Origin: a plasmid
Direction: 5' to 3' (one strand)
Length of the DNA: 64,000 nt
Sequence record: NZ_CP085281.1
Each line of letters begins with the position of its first letter. The first letter of the stretch is position 1. The position numbers were made by a program, and so were the translations under genes. Of the stretch, positions 9,883 to 19,588 are shown in pieces. The notes under the pieces were generated by a model. The model searched no databases, was not told the origin of the DNA, and saw only the letters and a list, made by a program, of their open reading frames with translations.

Positions 9883-10875
9883 TCAGCCCAGCCGCCGCGT
9901 GAGGTGGTCAGCGGAGCGGTCCGACGCGGCAGCCGATGTTGCCGAGGTATCTGCGATCCCTGCCTTGGCCGCTGCGCGATCCGCAGTGGAGATAAGCCGC
10001 CGCAGACGTCCGGCGAGCGCATCCTTGCTCATGGGTGGCACGGCGATTTGAGCCAGCTCTTCGAGCGAGGCGCTCGGGTTGTCGATCCTCAACCGGCCCG
10101 CGTGAGCGAGATGCTCAGGCGCGCATGCACCAAGGATCTCCAGGGCCCTGGACACTCTGGCCGCCGTAGCCGCTCCGGCGACCAGTGAGCGTCGCCGGTT
10201 GGCGTCGTCAAGATTCGACGCCTGCTCCGCCGGTAGGTGGTTGACGGGCTTCTTGCGGCGCTGTGTCCATGCCTGCGCGGTGTCGGTCGCCCCCATGCAG
10301 TGCAGCACTGTGCTCACGCCGACGGGGTCGCGCACGACGACGCGATCGGCGCCGCGGAGGTCACGCATCCTGGCCGTCACGCCGAGCCGCCGCGCTGCCC
10401 CGACGAGCGCCAGGGCCGCCTCCGGGCCGGGGCAGTTCACCTCGATCCCTCCCGTGCGCCCGTTGTCGACCAATGCTCCCCGCGCCAGGAACGCACCGCG
10501 CCAGGCCGCGCCCAGGTCGCTGGACTGCCCGGCTACGACGTGCGCCGGCATCCCGCGCACAGGCTGGCCGCGCTGGTTGAGAAGGCCGGTCTGCCTGGCG
10601 AGCGATTCGGCGTTCCCGACCACCTGGACCCGGTAAACCTGGCCACGTCCGGCGGCCGCCGAGACCGCCCGCAGCGCGGGAGTGTGCCCGAAGAGGCCCT
10701 GGATGTCTCTGCACAAACGGCGTGCCGCGCCCAGGTGATCAAGCTCGGCGTCGACGACCAGCCGACCGTTAGCGATGTGCAGTCCACCGCCGAACCGGAG
10801 CACGGCCGACACCTCCGCTCTGCGCTCCGGCGGGGAGTGCACGACTACCTGGCTCAACTCGGACTTCACGTCCAT
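9883..10875 (-). CDS. whiA: WhiA-family DNA-binding protein (orphan paralog)
   Basis: Strong full-length similarity to mycobacterial WhiA: 'EVSAVLRFGGGLHI', 'GRLVVDAELD', 'RVVVRDP', C-terminal 'LEELAQIAVPPMSKDALAGRLRRL'. ATG at 10875; the track ORF extends to 10977. Confidence 0.85.
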   Translation of the reverse strand: MDVKSELSQVVVHSPPERRAEVSAVLRFGGGLHIANGRLVVDAELDHLGAARRLCRDIQGLFGHTPALRAVSAAAGRGQVYRVQVVGNAESLARQTGLLNQRGQPVRGMPAHVVAGQSSDLGAAWRGAFLARGALVDNGRTGGIEVNCPGPEAALALVGAARRLGVTARMRDLRGADRVVVRDPVGVSTVLHCMGATDTAQAWTQRRKKPVNHLPAEQASNLDDANRRRSLVAGAATAARVSRALEILGACAPEHLAHAGRLRIDNPSASLEELAQIAVPPMSKDALAGRLRRLISTADRAAAKAGIADTSATSAAASDRSADHLTRRLG

Positions 10876-11224
10876 GGTCGCCGTCACGCGAACCTCCTCC
10901 TCGACACGTGCGTCCTGAACTTCGGCGGCGCCCACACCGCTACTGGCCCACGGCCGGGCGTTGGCGCGTCCGCCCATGATGCATCAACTTCGGAGCCCGA
11001 TGCGGCTCTCGCGGCCGACCAAAAAACCCCCGCAGGCGATAGCCACCCCTTTACCGGTTGCGCGAATCCAACCACTCGGGCTGAGAGTTTGACGTGGGAG
11101 AGCGCAGGTGGGTCACCAGTCGTGGGAATATTGGAGCAACCGGCAGAAGGGAGCATGCGGTGGCTGAGATGGTGGGTAGCGTCCATCACGCTGGCCTGCA
11201 GCCCGGACTCAACCATCCCGCCGG

Positions 11225-12361
11225 ATGGCCGTCGGCATGGCCTCACACCGATCGCTGGGAAGCAGCGGTCTGATGAGCACCGGCGACGACGTCACCCAGA
11301 TCCTCGACCAGATGCGTGGGCTCCTGGGCGAGGGCACTCCCGTCACCGCGCCCTTGCCGTCGCAGGTGCCGACCCAAATTCAGCAGCGTCTCGACGCCCT
11401 GCCCAGCGGGCTGGGTGCCTTCATCGACAAACTGATCGCCGACCGCAAGAGCCAGGCTGAGATCAGCGCGGCATTGGCTGAAATCGACCCCTCGTTGGTT
11501 CCGGTGGTCGACGAATCCGCGGCGAACGTCAACGCCGCCCGGGACCAGCTCAACGACACCCAGAACACCTACTCCGACCGCCGTAACCAGCTGGCGCCCG
11601 TGGAAGGCACCCCCATGGGACAGCTGGGCGTCCTGCAAGCCAAAGTCGATGCCGTGGGCAACGGGGCCAACACTGTTCGTGGTCAACTTCCACCGGCCGA
11701 CCTTCGCCGGGTGCTGGTCGACCGTCTCGCCCAGCGCTACTACGAACAAGCCAAAGCAGCCATGCAGGGCGCCGGCGGTGGGATGCCAGGCGGAGGCATG
11801 GGCGGAGGAATGCCCGGCGGCGGTATGGGCGGCGGACCGTCCGGAGGCGGCGGCGGATCGCCACTGAGCGCTCTGTCCTCCCCTGCCGCCAGCCTCGCAT
11901 CGGCTTTCTCCCCATCCGCAGCGCGCGAGGGGTCAAGCGGCGATCAACAACAGGCCGCAGGACTCCCAGCTGGACGTGGGGGCACCGAGGCAGGGCGCCG
12001 GATGGCCGAAAAAGCATTGTCCGCCAAGGGCACTCCCTACGTGTGGGGCGGCGGCAACGCCAACGGACCCACCGGGGGTGGCTTCGACTGTTCCGGACTC
12101 GTCCAGTGGGCAACGGCGCAAACCTCCGGCCAGGTGCTCCCCCGCGTCACCTATGACCTCATCAACCTCGGGACCAGAATCAACCCCGCGGACGCACAGC
12201 CCGGCGACCTCGTCTTCTCCGAATTCAGCAGCCGCGGGCCAGAACACGTCCAAATCGCGCTCGGGGGCGGCCAGGTCGTCCACGCTCCACAGACCGGAGA
12301 CGTCGTCCGCGTCGCCGCTATGCCACGCAACGTCGTCGTCAAACGCATCTTCGACAGCTAA
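11225..12361 (+). CDS. NlpC/P60 family peptidase with N-terminal coiled-coil and Gly-rich linker
   Basis: C-terminal 'GTPYVWGGGNANGPTGGGFDCSGLVQWA'. Gly-rich repeat (GGGMPGGGMGGG). Likely start is the ATG at 11273. Confidence 0.8.
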   Translation: MAVGMASHRSLGSSGLMSTGDDVTQILDQMRGLLGEGTPVTAPLPSQVPTQIQQRLDALPSGLGAFIDKLIADRKSQAEISAALAEIDPSLVPVVDESAANVNAARDQLNDTQNTYSDRRNQLAPVEGTPMGQLGVLQAKVDAVGNGANTVRGQLPPADLRRVLVDRLAQRYYEQAKAAMQGAGGGMPGGGMGGGMPGGGMGGGPSGGGGGSPLSALSSPAASLASAFSPSAAREGSSGDQQQAAGLPAGRGGTEAGRRMAEKALSAKGTPYVWGGGNANGPTGGGFDCSGLVQWATAQTSGQVLPRVTYDLINLGTRINPADAQPGDLVFSEFSSRGPEHVQIALGGGQVVHAPQTGDVVRVAAMPRNVVVKRIFDS

Positions 12362-12381
12362 CCGGAGAAGACCACACCCCA

Positions 12382-12936
12382 ATGCGCGCACTGGTGATCG
12401 CCGATGTCACACCACAACTAGGCATGCCGCTGCCCGACTTCGTCCGCACTCACCGCCTCGACGCCGTCATCACCGCCGGTGACCTGAGCCCCTACAAGCT
12501 CACCGGAATCGACCGTATCGACGTGCCGACGATGGGCGTTTACGGAAACCACTGCAGGCGCGGCTATTTGAGACGTCTCGGCATGCATAACCTTCATTTG
12601 TCCACGATGAGCGTCGGGCCGATCACCTTCACCGGCCTTGAGGGGTGCGTCCGCTACAAGCGCGATCCGGACGCGGCGCTCTACACCCAGCAGGAATACC
12701 AAGAACTCGTGGCCGCCCTACCGCCGGCCGACGTCCTGGTGACCCACTGTCCGCCGCGAGGCATCAATGATCATGACGACCCCGCCCACGTCGGCATCGA
12801 AGCGCTCAACGACTGGCTGCACCGCATTCGCCCCGCAGTGATGATCCATGGGCACACCTACCCCGCCCAGCCGGTCCGGCAGACTGGCTCGACCAGAGTC
12901 GAGTACGTTCACGGCGGCCGCATCGTCACGATCTGA
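12382..12936 (+). CDS. metallophosphoesterase (calcineurin-like)
   Basis: Motifs 'ITAGDL', 'GNHC', 'THCPP' and 'IHGHTY'. Confidence 0.7.
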   Translation: MRALVIADVTPQLGMPLPDFVRTHRLDAVITAGDLSPYKLTGIDRIDVPTMGVYGNHCRRGYLRRLGMHNLHLSTMSVGPITFTGLEGCVRYKRDPDAALYTQQEYQELVAALPPADVLVTHCPPRGINDHDDPAHVGIEALNDWLHRIRPAVMIHGHTYPAQPVRQTGSTRVEYVHGGRIVTI

Positions 12937-12961
12937 ACCGCCGCCGACTACCGTGCGCTGC

Positions 12962-13498
12962 ATGGCCTCCGCGACGTTGAGCCCCGACCTCCTTGCCTGG
13001 GCCCAAGCCGCCGGCTACAACCACACCCGCCACGACGACCGCACACTCGAGTTGCACCCGGTCACCGGCGCCAACACGCGCTACACCCTCGACCTCGACC
13101 CAGCAGGGCGACGCCTACGGCTGTCCCGCAACGATCCCGAGGAATCCGACGCCGACACGGTTCTGCTCATCGCCTCACCCAAAGTCGTTGAGCACCACCT
13201 GTATTGCCTCTTCGGTGACGACATCCGCGAGGACCTCGCGCTGCCCGATCTCCCCCTTCCCTGGCAGCCCAGTGACCTCGCGCGCGGCTACACCCTGACC
13301 ACTGACGCGGCCGGATCTCATGTCCTCGTCCATCACAGCCGCGGCCCGGTAGCCGCCGCACCCGACGCCACGCTCGGGCTGCTGACGCTGGTACCGCTGT
13401 CGCACCTGCTGGGTTTCAGCGCGGCCGATCTGCGCCGCGCTTTCCTGGCCGAGGACGGGGCCCCGCTGATGGCCGCGGGGTACTACGCGTCGCGCTGA
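12962..13498 (+). CDS. hypothetical protein (178 aa)
   Basis: ATG at 12962; the track ORF starts at 12848. No motifs. Confidence 0.45.
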   Translation: MASATLSPDLLAWAQAAGYNHTRHDDRTLELHPVTGANTRYTLDLDPAGRRLRLSRNDPEESDADTVLLIASPKVVEHHLYCLFGDDIREDLALPDLPLPWQPSDLARGYTLTTDAAGSHVLVHHSRGPVAAAPDATLGLLTLVPLSHLLGFSAADLRRAFLAEDGAPLMAAGYYASR

Positions 13499-13740
13499 CC
13501 GCTCTGCGGCGCGGCCGCGCCGCCGGCCGCGGCTCGCCGTTGCTCGGCAAAGCGCTCCGCGAGGGCGACCGCCTCCTGTAGCTGAGCCGCGGTGTACATC
13601 CATCCGACGCTCGTCCACGTACGAGGGACCAGCTGGGCGATCACCGGCTGCGGGAGTCCACTGGCATCGGCGACGTCTTTGACGGTCAACGTCGCGTCGC
13701 CATCGCCGGCGCGCTCGGGGAACCTCAGGACCTCTCCCAT
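13483..13740 (-). CDS. excisionase/MerR-like HTH DNA-binding protein (~85 aa)
   Basis: 'TLTVKDVADASGLPQPVIAQLV' resembles the HTH_17 excisionase family. Divergent from the 13875 gene. Confidence 0.5.
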   Translation of the reverse strand: MGEVLRFPERAGDGDATLTVKDVADASGLPQPVIAQLVPRTWTSVGWMYTAAQLQEAVALAERFAEQRRAAAGGAAAPQSGQRDA

Positions 13741-13874
13741 GCCGTTCGACGTTACCGCCGCCGACCGTAGGACAACGACACCAGTTTGACGCTGACCAAC
13801 CCGAGGAAACGCAGGACAAATACCCCCAGCGGCGGCGGGCATTCTGCCCCATATCCGCCGGTAGGTTCACTGTC

Positions 13875-14834
13875 GTGTCCCGTTTCGTCATACAGTCCGC
13901 GCAGTCCGGCCCGCCCGGGCTGCCGAGCCAATTGCCGATCGCCGGCCAGACGGTGAACGTACTGACCGGCCGCCTGGGCGCACCGGCCTTCCACGCACGC
14001 CTGGATGCCCCGCTGCGCTTCTACCTCGACCCGACCTTCGACGGCCGCGGCATCGCCGCCGAACGACTCGGGCGTGACGAGCGGGGACCGTTCCTGTGGG
14101 TCAGCGAGATCGTCATGTCTGCTCACCGCGCCGACGAGCAGCCCTACCCCGGCATGACGAACTTCGCCATGGACGTGCACGCCGTGCTCGCACCTGTTGA
14201 CACCGACCCCGACGCCAACGAAATCCTCACGACGCCAATGGCACTCGTCGCCGTCGATGATGCGCCCGAAGCACCCGAGGCGGTACCGGGAGAGGCCGCC
14301 GGCCCACCGCCGGCCGACGCCGAACAGCGCGCTGCGCGCCCCACCGCGGCCAGAACCGCAGCCCCACCCGCCCCGGCACCTTCGGCAGGTGGCCCCGCCA
14401 CCGAGGCTGACGTGCAGCGCAGCCTGACCCAGATCCGCGGACAGATCGCCACCCTGCTCGGCTGGCCGCTCACCGGAATCCCGGAGCCCAAGTGCGTCAA
14501 GGCCGGCCAGGAGAAAAAGCAGGGCGGCCCCGCCTACAGCGTCAGCCGCGGCACGATGCGCTATTTCACCAATGACCTCTGGGACGGGTACGTCCTGCGG
14601 CAGACCACCGACGTCGACGAGCTGCTCTATTGGATCGCCGACGACGTCACCCGCAGCGCAGCCTGGGAGTGGACCACGCGAACGCCGACGTTCGACACCG
14701 TCGACCGCAACGACGCGCGTCGCGTCATCGCGATTCCGATGTGGCACACCCTGATGCACGCCTTGCGCTACGACTGGGGTCGGCGCACCCGGACCAACGC
14801 CGAGGGCACAAATCGCCGCCCTGCACGCGGCTGA
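13875..14834 (+). CDS. hypothetical protein, paralog of the 38920..40590 gene (shared ~100-aa N-terminal domain, Pro/Ala-rich linker)
   Basis: 'GPFLWVSEIVMSAH...PYPGMTNFAMDVHAVL' aligns with 'GPFLWVSDIVMRAS...PHHGMQRFPVDLAYIL' of the other gene. Confidence 0.6.
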   Translation: MSRFVIQSAQSGPPGLPSQLPIAGQTVNVLTGRLGAPAFHARLDAPLRFYLDPTFDGRGIAAERLGRDERGPFLWVSEIVMSAHRADEQPYPGMTNFAMDVHAVLAPVDTDPDANEILTTPMALVAVDDAPEAPEAVPGEAAGPPPADAEQRAARPTAARTAAPPAPAPSAGGPATEADVQRSLTQIRGQIATLLGWPLTGIPEPKCVKAGQEKKQGGPAYSVSRGTMRYFTNDLWDGYVLRQTTDVDELLYWIADDVTRSAAWEWTTRTPTFDTVDRNDARRVIAIPMWHTLMHALRYDWGRRTRTNAEGTNRRPARG

Positions 14835-15031
14835 GCACCCCACAACACGGTCATCTACCGACCGCTATGCCTGAGGGGTTCGCAGCGGTTATAGTCGATG
14901 TCAGAGCCGCATCGCATGGCTGACCCCGCGTCGTTCAGGTGCCCGCATCACCGACGGCAGTAAGGGCTAGGTCCCCTGGATCTGCGATACACCGATCACT
15001 GTTGGTAGGCGTTGGATGCGGGGCTTCGCCG

Positions 15032-15774
15032 ATGACGTCAGTGAACGGAAAGATCGCGATGACGAAGAATTCCGCCCAGAAGAAGGCCGCCCGCGCCCTG
15101 CAGCGCACCACTCCGGGCATCAATTTCAACGCAGCCATGGCTGCCTGCGACGACAGACGCTCCCCTTCGCCCAAACGGGCGTGGACTCACGGGCAACAGC
15201 CATGGGTTCGCACCACCCCCGAGGGCGCTCCGACTCGCTGCTATCTGTGCGGCAGAACCAGCAGCATCGTCTCCTTCGGGGATCTGCCGGTCGACCACGG
15301 CCGGGTGCAGATGTACTGCGAGCACCATCAGTGCGACGCCCGCGAAACCGAGGTCATCGTCGTCGATGACGGTTCGCCGGCGACCGTGCAGCGCTCCGAT
15401 GTGCGCATCCTGGCGCACTTCCCGCCGGTCACCGATCGGCCGCAGTGGTGGGAGCCCGACCCGCGCCGCACGTGGGCGGCCGGTACACCCCCGCATGTCC
15501 GCTCCTCCGGTCAGCGGATGCCGTGCCTGTTCTGCGGTGACGTCAGCTGCACGGTGGCCCCGGCGACGTCGCCGGCGATACCAACCGTATCCGCCTGCGC
15601 TGCGGCAACCCCGCGTGCGCTGTCGTCGAGGTGGAGGTTCTGCCGATGCGCGACGGCAGCGTGCACACCAGTGAGCGGCCTGACGTGGCGGCGCTGTATG
15701 CGCTCAGGCCGCCTCGCCGGCGCCGCGGCGAGGTCGACGGACCGATCGACATCGTTCCCCTGGTAGATCCTTAA
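15032..15774 (+). pseudogene. tandem zinc-ribbon protein gene with apparent 1-nt frameshift near 15556-15562
   Basis: Two CxxC-(22)-CxxxxC units: 'CYLCGR...YCEHHQC' and 'CLFCGD...LRCGNPAC'. The second unit is intact only if one base is added in the GGCCCCGGC run. A protein-like C-terminus then continues in the +2 frame to the TAA at 15772-15774. Confidence 0.45.
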
Positions 15775-15894
15775 CCGCCGTCGGCGCAGACCATCCTGCA
15801 ACGGCGCTTGTCGGGGCCTGTCCCGTGGGAGTGAGCTGCCGCTGACCGACGGGCCCGGGGAGAGCTGCCGCAGCAACTCCTCCCCGGCGCCTGG

Positions 15895-16404
15895 TCATCG
15901 CTGGCGGGCCGCGGCGGCGATGACGCGCCGCCGGAACGCGTCGAGCCGCTCCGGACGTCCGGCGAGGGCCTCTGCTCGGGCGCGAAGGTCTGCGAGCTGC
16001 ACGGGGTCGAGGCCGGCGGTGTGTTCGCCGCGGCGGCCGGTGAAGAGGGCCACGCCGAAGTAGGGCTGATAGATCGTCCGGTACTCGGCCAGCAGCAGCG
16101 TCGCCAGCGGGTTGAGCGTCTCGGCGATCAGCTCGCTGTCGCTCGGGTCGGGGGCGCCCTCGTCGTCGGTCCACATGTCGATGTGCGTCGTGGCGTCTGT
16201 GACGGTGTAGAGCCGGCATCCGATTGCCTTGCGGATGGTGACTCCGAAGGTGCCGGTATCGGAGGGGGTCAGGTCGATGGCGTCGATGCTGGCGTCGATG
16301 CCGATGCGCAGCGCCTGGCCGACCCCGACGGCGACGCCTGGCCCGTGGTCGGCGTTGATGTCATCGGAGCGCAGGACGGCTGCGGGGTGCGTGTTGGTCA
16401 TCAT
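15895..16404 (-). CDS. hypothetical protein (169 aa)
   Basis: ATG preceded by AAGGAGG. Last gene of a long minus-strand operon. Confidence 0.55.
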   Translation of the reverse strand: MMTNTHPAAVLRSDDINADHGPGVAVGVGQALRIGIDASIDAIDLTPSDTGTFGVTIRKAIGCRLYTVTDATTHIDMWTDDEGAPDPSDSELIAETLNPLATLLLAEYRTIYQPYFGVALFTGRRGEHTAGLDPVQLADLRARAEALAGRPERLDAFRRRVIAAAARQR

Positions 16405-16520
16405 CGTTGGGCCTCCTTGGCCGGTGTGGACCGGGCGCTCACGCCTCGGCCGGTGGGTGGTTCGTCTTCGACTCTATCGGGGCCCACCGACAAATCTCGG
16501 TGCTTGCCGGGTTCCGCTGG

Positions 16521-16949
16521 TCAGTATGCGGCCCAATCGATCTCGCTGACAGGTACGTCGAATGCCTCGGCAGCACGCTGGTAGATGTCGTTGAGGTCGA
16601 GGCGCACCTGGTTACCGTTGGCGTGCACGGCGATGCTGTAGGCGCTGAGGTAATTGAGCTTCTCGGATCCGGCGTGCACGAACACGGCGACCTGACCGTC
16701 CTGCAGATGTTCGGCGATCATGTCGGGAACGAAGAGTTCGGTGGGTTCGGCATCGTCGTCGTCGGTGTGAACAGGTTGGCCCCAGCAGCCGGTGACGTCG
16801 TTGTCGGAGACCTGAATGAGTACGGCATCCGCTCCTCGGTCGGGCCGGGCTTCGACGGTGAATTCCGCTCCCGCGAGAGCGGCCTTCAGCGCATCGATGT
16901 CCTTGACTTTGAAGATGTTGGTGCGGCCCTTGCCGGAGTAGTCCGCCAT
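16521..16949 (-). CDS. hypothetical acidic protein (142 aa)
   Basis: RBS AGGGAGA upstream of the ATG. Confidence 0.55.
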   Translation of the reverse strand: MADYSGKGRTNIFKVKDIDALKAALAGAEFTVEARPDRGADAVLIQVSDNDVTGCWGQPVHTDDDDAEPTELFVPDMIAEHLQDGQVAVFVHAGSEKLNYLSAYSIAVHANGNQVRLDLNDIYQRAAEAFDVPVSEIDWAAY

Positions 16950-17140
16950 GAATTTCTCCCTGCTTCTGCAATTGGGTGACCGGGTGCTCGCGCCCGGCCG
17001 TGTCGGTCAGTCCTGTCGGGTGACTCCGCGATTGTATTGCGCGGCTGTGACGCTCTGCCCTGTCCCGCGCATCGAGACCAGAGAGGTGCCGACTGGCGCG
17101 GGCCTGCACCGTCCGGGCACGCCCACGCCAGCCAGTCAGC

Positions 17141-17632
17141 TCACTCGATGCCGCGACGCAGCGCGGTACTCATCAATCCATCGATGCGGCAATGGGATTC
17201 GGTGAGCGCGCCGAGTGTGGGTGTCCTGTCATCGTGTCGCCGGATGGGCGCCCGATGCACCGCCGTGAAGTCCGCGCCGACGTGGACCAGGATCAGGATC
17301 TCGCGCCGCCTTGGGTCTTGCGAAGGCCTGATGGCCGAGAGGTCAGCGTCGGTCGCATCCGGGATGACTTGCCATGCCGAGGACAGCCACAGGGCTTCCA
17401 CGGCGTGGGCGCGCTGTAGTAGCGCGGTGACGGCTTGTGCGGTCTCTTCCTTCCGTTGGCGGGTGTGCGGCGTGCCGACGATGTGCTGCCGTCCCTCATG
17501 GGTCGTGAAGAGCAGCATGGGCGCCCAGTCGTCGGACGGGGACCGGAAGCCGGTCTGGACGGCTTTGGCGCCCTGGTAGGCCAGTGTCACGAGGTCAGTG
17601 GCCGGTGTTCGGGGGTGTGCGGGGGCGTTCAC
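17141..17632 (-). CDS. hypothetical protein (163 aa)
   Basis: GTG start with GGGAGG RBS. GTGA overlap with the upstream stop. Confidence 0.5.
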   Translation of the reverse strand: MNAPAHPRTPATDLVTLAYQGAKAVQTGFRSPSDDWAPMLLFTTHEGRQHIVGTPHTRQRKEETAQAVTALLQRAHAVEALWLSSAWQVIPDATDADLSAIRPSQDPRRREILILVHVGADFTAVHRAPIRRHDDRTPTLGALTESHCRIDGLMSTALRRGIE

Positions 17633-18024
17633 TGCACCTCCCAGGAGTCGAGCGAGGCGATCGGGCTGGGGTTGCGATCGCTGTGGGTCCGGCCGAGGTG
17701 GGCATTGAGGTCAGCCAAGACGACGGTGTAGCCGCTGGGGGCAGTCTGCTCCCAGCGGATCACCTCGCGTGGGAGGTTGCCGATCGCGTCGTTGAGTCCG
17801 TCGAACGCGAAGCCGTGGTGTCGCGCTTCGGCGCGTTCGTCCAGCAGCTCGCGGCGGTCGTCGGTGACGGCCAGGCTGCGGCTCTCCTCGTCGATGCACA
17901 GGTGCGCTCGGCTGGTTTTGATCAGCCAGGCGCGGACGATCTCGACCGCGCGCAGTCCGATGGCGCGGTCGAGGTGCTCGCGGTGGCGCACCAGCGCCGA
18001 AAGGTGGGGATCTGAAACACTCAT
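17629..18024 (-). CDS. hypothetical protein (131 aa)
   Basis: GAGGAG RBS upstream of the ATG. Confidence 0.55.
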   Translation of the reverse strand: MSVSDPHLSALVRHREHLDRAIGLRAVEIVRAWLIKTSRAHLCIDEESRSLAVTDDRRELLDERAEARHHGFAFDGLNDAIGNLPREVIRWEQTAPSGYTVVLADLNAHLGRTHSDRNPSPIASLDSWEVQ

Positions 18025-18168
18025 GGGGTTCTCCTCAGTGGTGGACCGGGCTCGCGTGCCTGGCCGTTGGATGAGCCGACTTCTGTTGTGCGGCTGCCTT
18101 TATGGTAGCTGCCGGGTATGACAAGGCAGCGCCGCACAGACGTCACTCCGTGCGGCGCTGCTGCGCAT

Positions 18169-18717
18169 TTAGTCGGTCACCCAGACCCGCCCGATGGGGT
18201 GGCCGTCCTGGCTGGTTACTGCGGTGAAGGGAAGTTCACGTAGCTCGCCGCGGGCCAGCTGCTCCTCCACACGGGCGATCACGGATTTCAGTGCGGAGGC
18301 AGTTCCTCGCCAGCCGTGCTCGGCGCTGGCGTCGATCTCCACGTGCAGGGTTCCATGGAGCCGCCACTGGCGGTGAGCGGCGGCCTTGAACGCCGCGATG
18401 AACTCGTCGATCGACGCGCTCGGGTGCTCGTCGAGTTCACCGTCCCAGCCCAGCCGGTCGGTCGCCTCGATGGTCATCTCGCTGAGGTTCATGTCGAACC
18501 AGGCATCGTCGAGGCGGTTCATCTCCAGGCCGACCAACTCCAGGATGGCGGGCCGGTACTCAGTGCCTCGCAGGAGGTATCCGTCGAGTTCGGTGCGCTG
18601 CGCATCGGTCATCTCGCCATCGAGGACGATGGTGCCGTAGGTCTTGTCGGAGTATTCGTCACGGAACATGACCGGGATGTGGGTGTAGCGGGTCGGGTGG
18701 CTGTCAGGTGTGCTCAT
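18169..18717 (-). CDS. hypothetical acidic protein (182 aa)
   Basis: ATGA overlap with the upstream gene at 18714-18717. Confidence 0.55.
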   Translation of the reverse strand: MSTPDSHPTRYTHIPVMFRDEYSDKTYGTIVLDGEMTDAQRTELDGYLLRGTEYRPAILELVGLEMNRLDDAWFDMNLSEMTIEATDRLGWDGELDEHPSASIDEFIAAFKAAAHRQWRLHGTLHVEIDASAEHGWRGTASALKSVIARVEEQLARGELRELPFTAVTSQDGHPIGRVWVTD

Positions 18718-19250
18718 CGGGTTCTCCTGGTGGTTGACTGGGCCCGCAGGCCCCGCCGGATGGGTGTGCAGCGATCTGCTGCTGCCTCATATCGTATTGC
18801 AGCACTCCGACACTCGGATTCCGCTGATATCGCGGGTTTCTCGCCTTGTGCCGGGCTCGTCCCAGAGGTCGTGCCCGGGCGGTGGTGATGGTCTTCTCGG
18901 CAGACCCAGCCGTCGCGGATGCGTCGGGCGGGCTCGCCGCAACACCACGGCATCGCCGCGAGCGGGCTGCTTGCCGTGGCGACCGGCGCCGGGCGGTGCC
19001 AGTGCTGCCAGGGCAGAATCCCGGCGCCGAGGCTGACTTGGGCAAGAAACGATGAGTACCGGCCGATGTCGTTGACGCGCAACCAGTCCAGGTAACCCTC
19101 GATGCTCTCTATCCCCTCGGGGCCGCCGCTTCCGGCCCGATTGCGGCCGGTCTCGTCGCGCCAGGTGTAGTCCATACCGTTGGGGGTCCAGTGCCGGATG
19201 AGCGTGGCGCCGCATACGGTGCACGTGGTGATGTCTCGCGGGTCAGCCAT
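18714..19250 (-). CDS. hypothetical protein (~178 aa)
   Basis: ATG at 19250 overlaps the upstream stop. The track ORF extends to 19331. Confidence 0.45.
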   Translation of the reverse strand: MADPRDITTCTVCGATLIRHWTPNGMDYTWRDETGRNRAGSGGPEGIESIEGYLDWLRVNDIGRYSSFLAQVSLGAGILPWQHWHRPAPVATASSPLAAMPWCCGEPARRIRDGWVCREDHHHRPGTTSGTSPAQGEKPAISAESECRSAAIRYEAAADRCTPIRRGLRAQSTTRRTR

Positions 19251-19588
19251 CAGCAGACCTGCGTGGGCTGCACGGCGGTCCAGTCGCGGCGCGCGTCGGC
19301 GATCGCCGCCCGCACGGGCGCTGGTGTGCACCGTCCACCGTTGATCTGGGCATGGATGTGTTTCGGCGTGACCAGGTGCGGCCGGTCGGTGCTCAGGTAG
19401 AGCACGGCCAGGTCGTAGGCATCCCAGCGCACCTGGCAGGCGCCGCGCGTATGCGCGGTCCGGTAACGCAAGGACAGGACCCGCCGGCGGTGGTCGTCAA
19501 CCGACTCACCGGGGGCGGCTGGGGTGGACGGATGGGGTGGCATGCGGCAATCCCTTCGTGCGTTGAGGGCAATGGGCTTCGGGGTCAT
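19250..19588 (-). CDS. hypothetical protein (~112 aa)
   Basis: ATG at 19588 overlaps the upstream stop at 19585-19587. Confidence 0.4.
   Translation of the reverse strand: MTPKPIALNARRDCRMPPHPSTPAAPGESVDDHRRRVLSLRYRTAHTRGACQVRWDAYDLAVLYLSTDRPHLVTPKHIHAQINGGRCTPAPVRAAIADARRDWTAVQPTQVC

Noticed and set aside
10237-11460. 407-aa plus-strand ORF across the WhiA locus
   Set aside because: Antisense to a strongly supported WhiA homolog. No motifs, Arg/Ala/Pro-rich.
13175-14843. Minus-strand ORFs 13175..13891 and 13752..14843
   Set aside because: They overlap the plus-strand 13875..14834 gene, which is supported by clear paralogy to 38920..40590. The minus frames are Arg/Gly-rich shadows.
14939-15031. 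N-terminal extension of the track ORF 14939..15766
   Set aside because: The upstream 31 codons are non-protein-like. The ATG at 15032 is the more plausible start.
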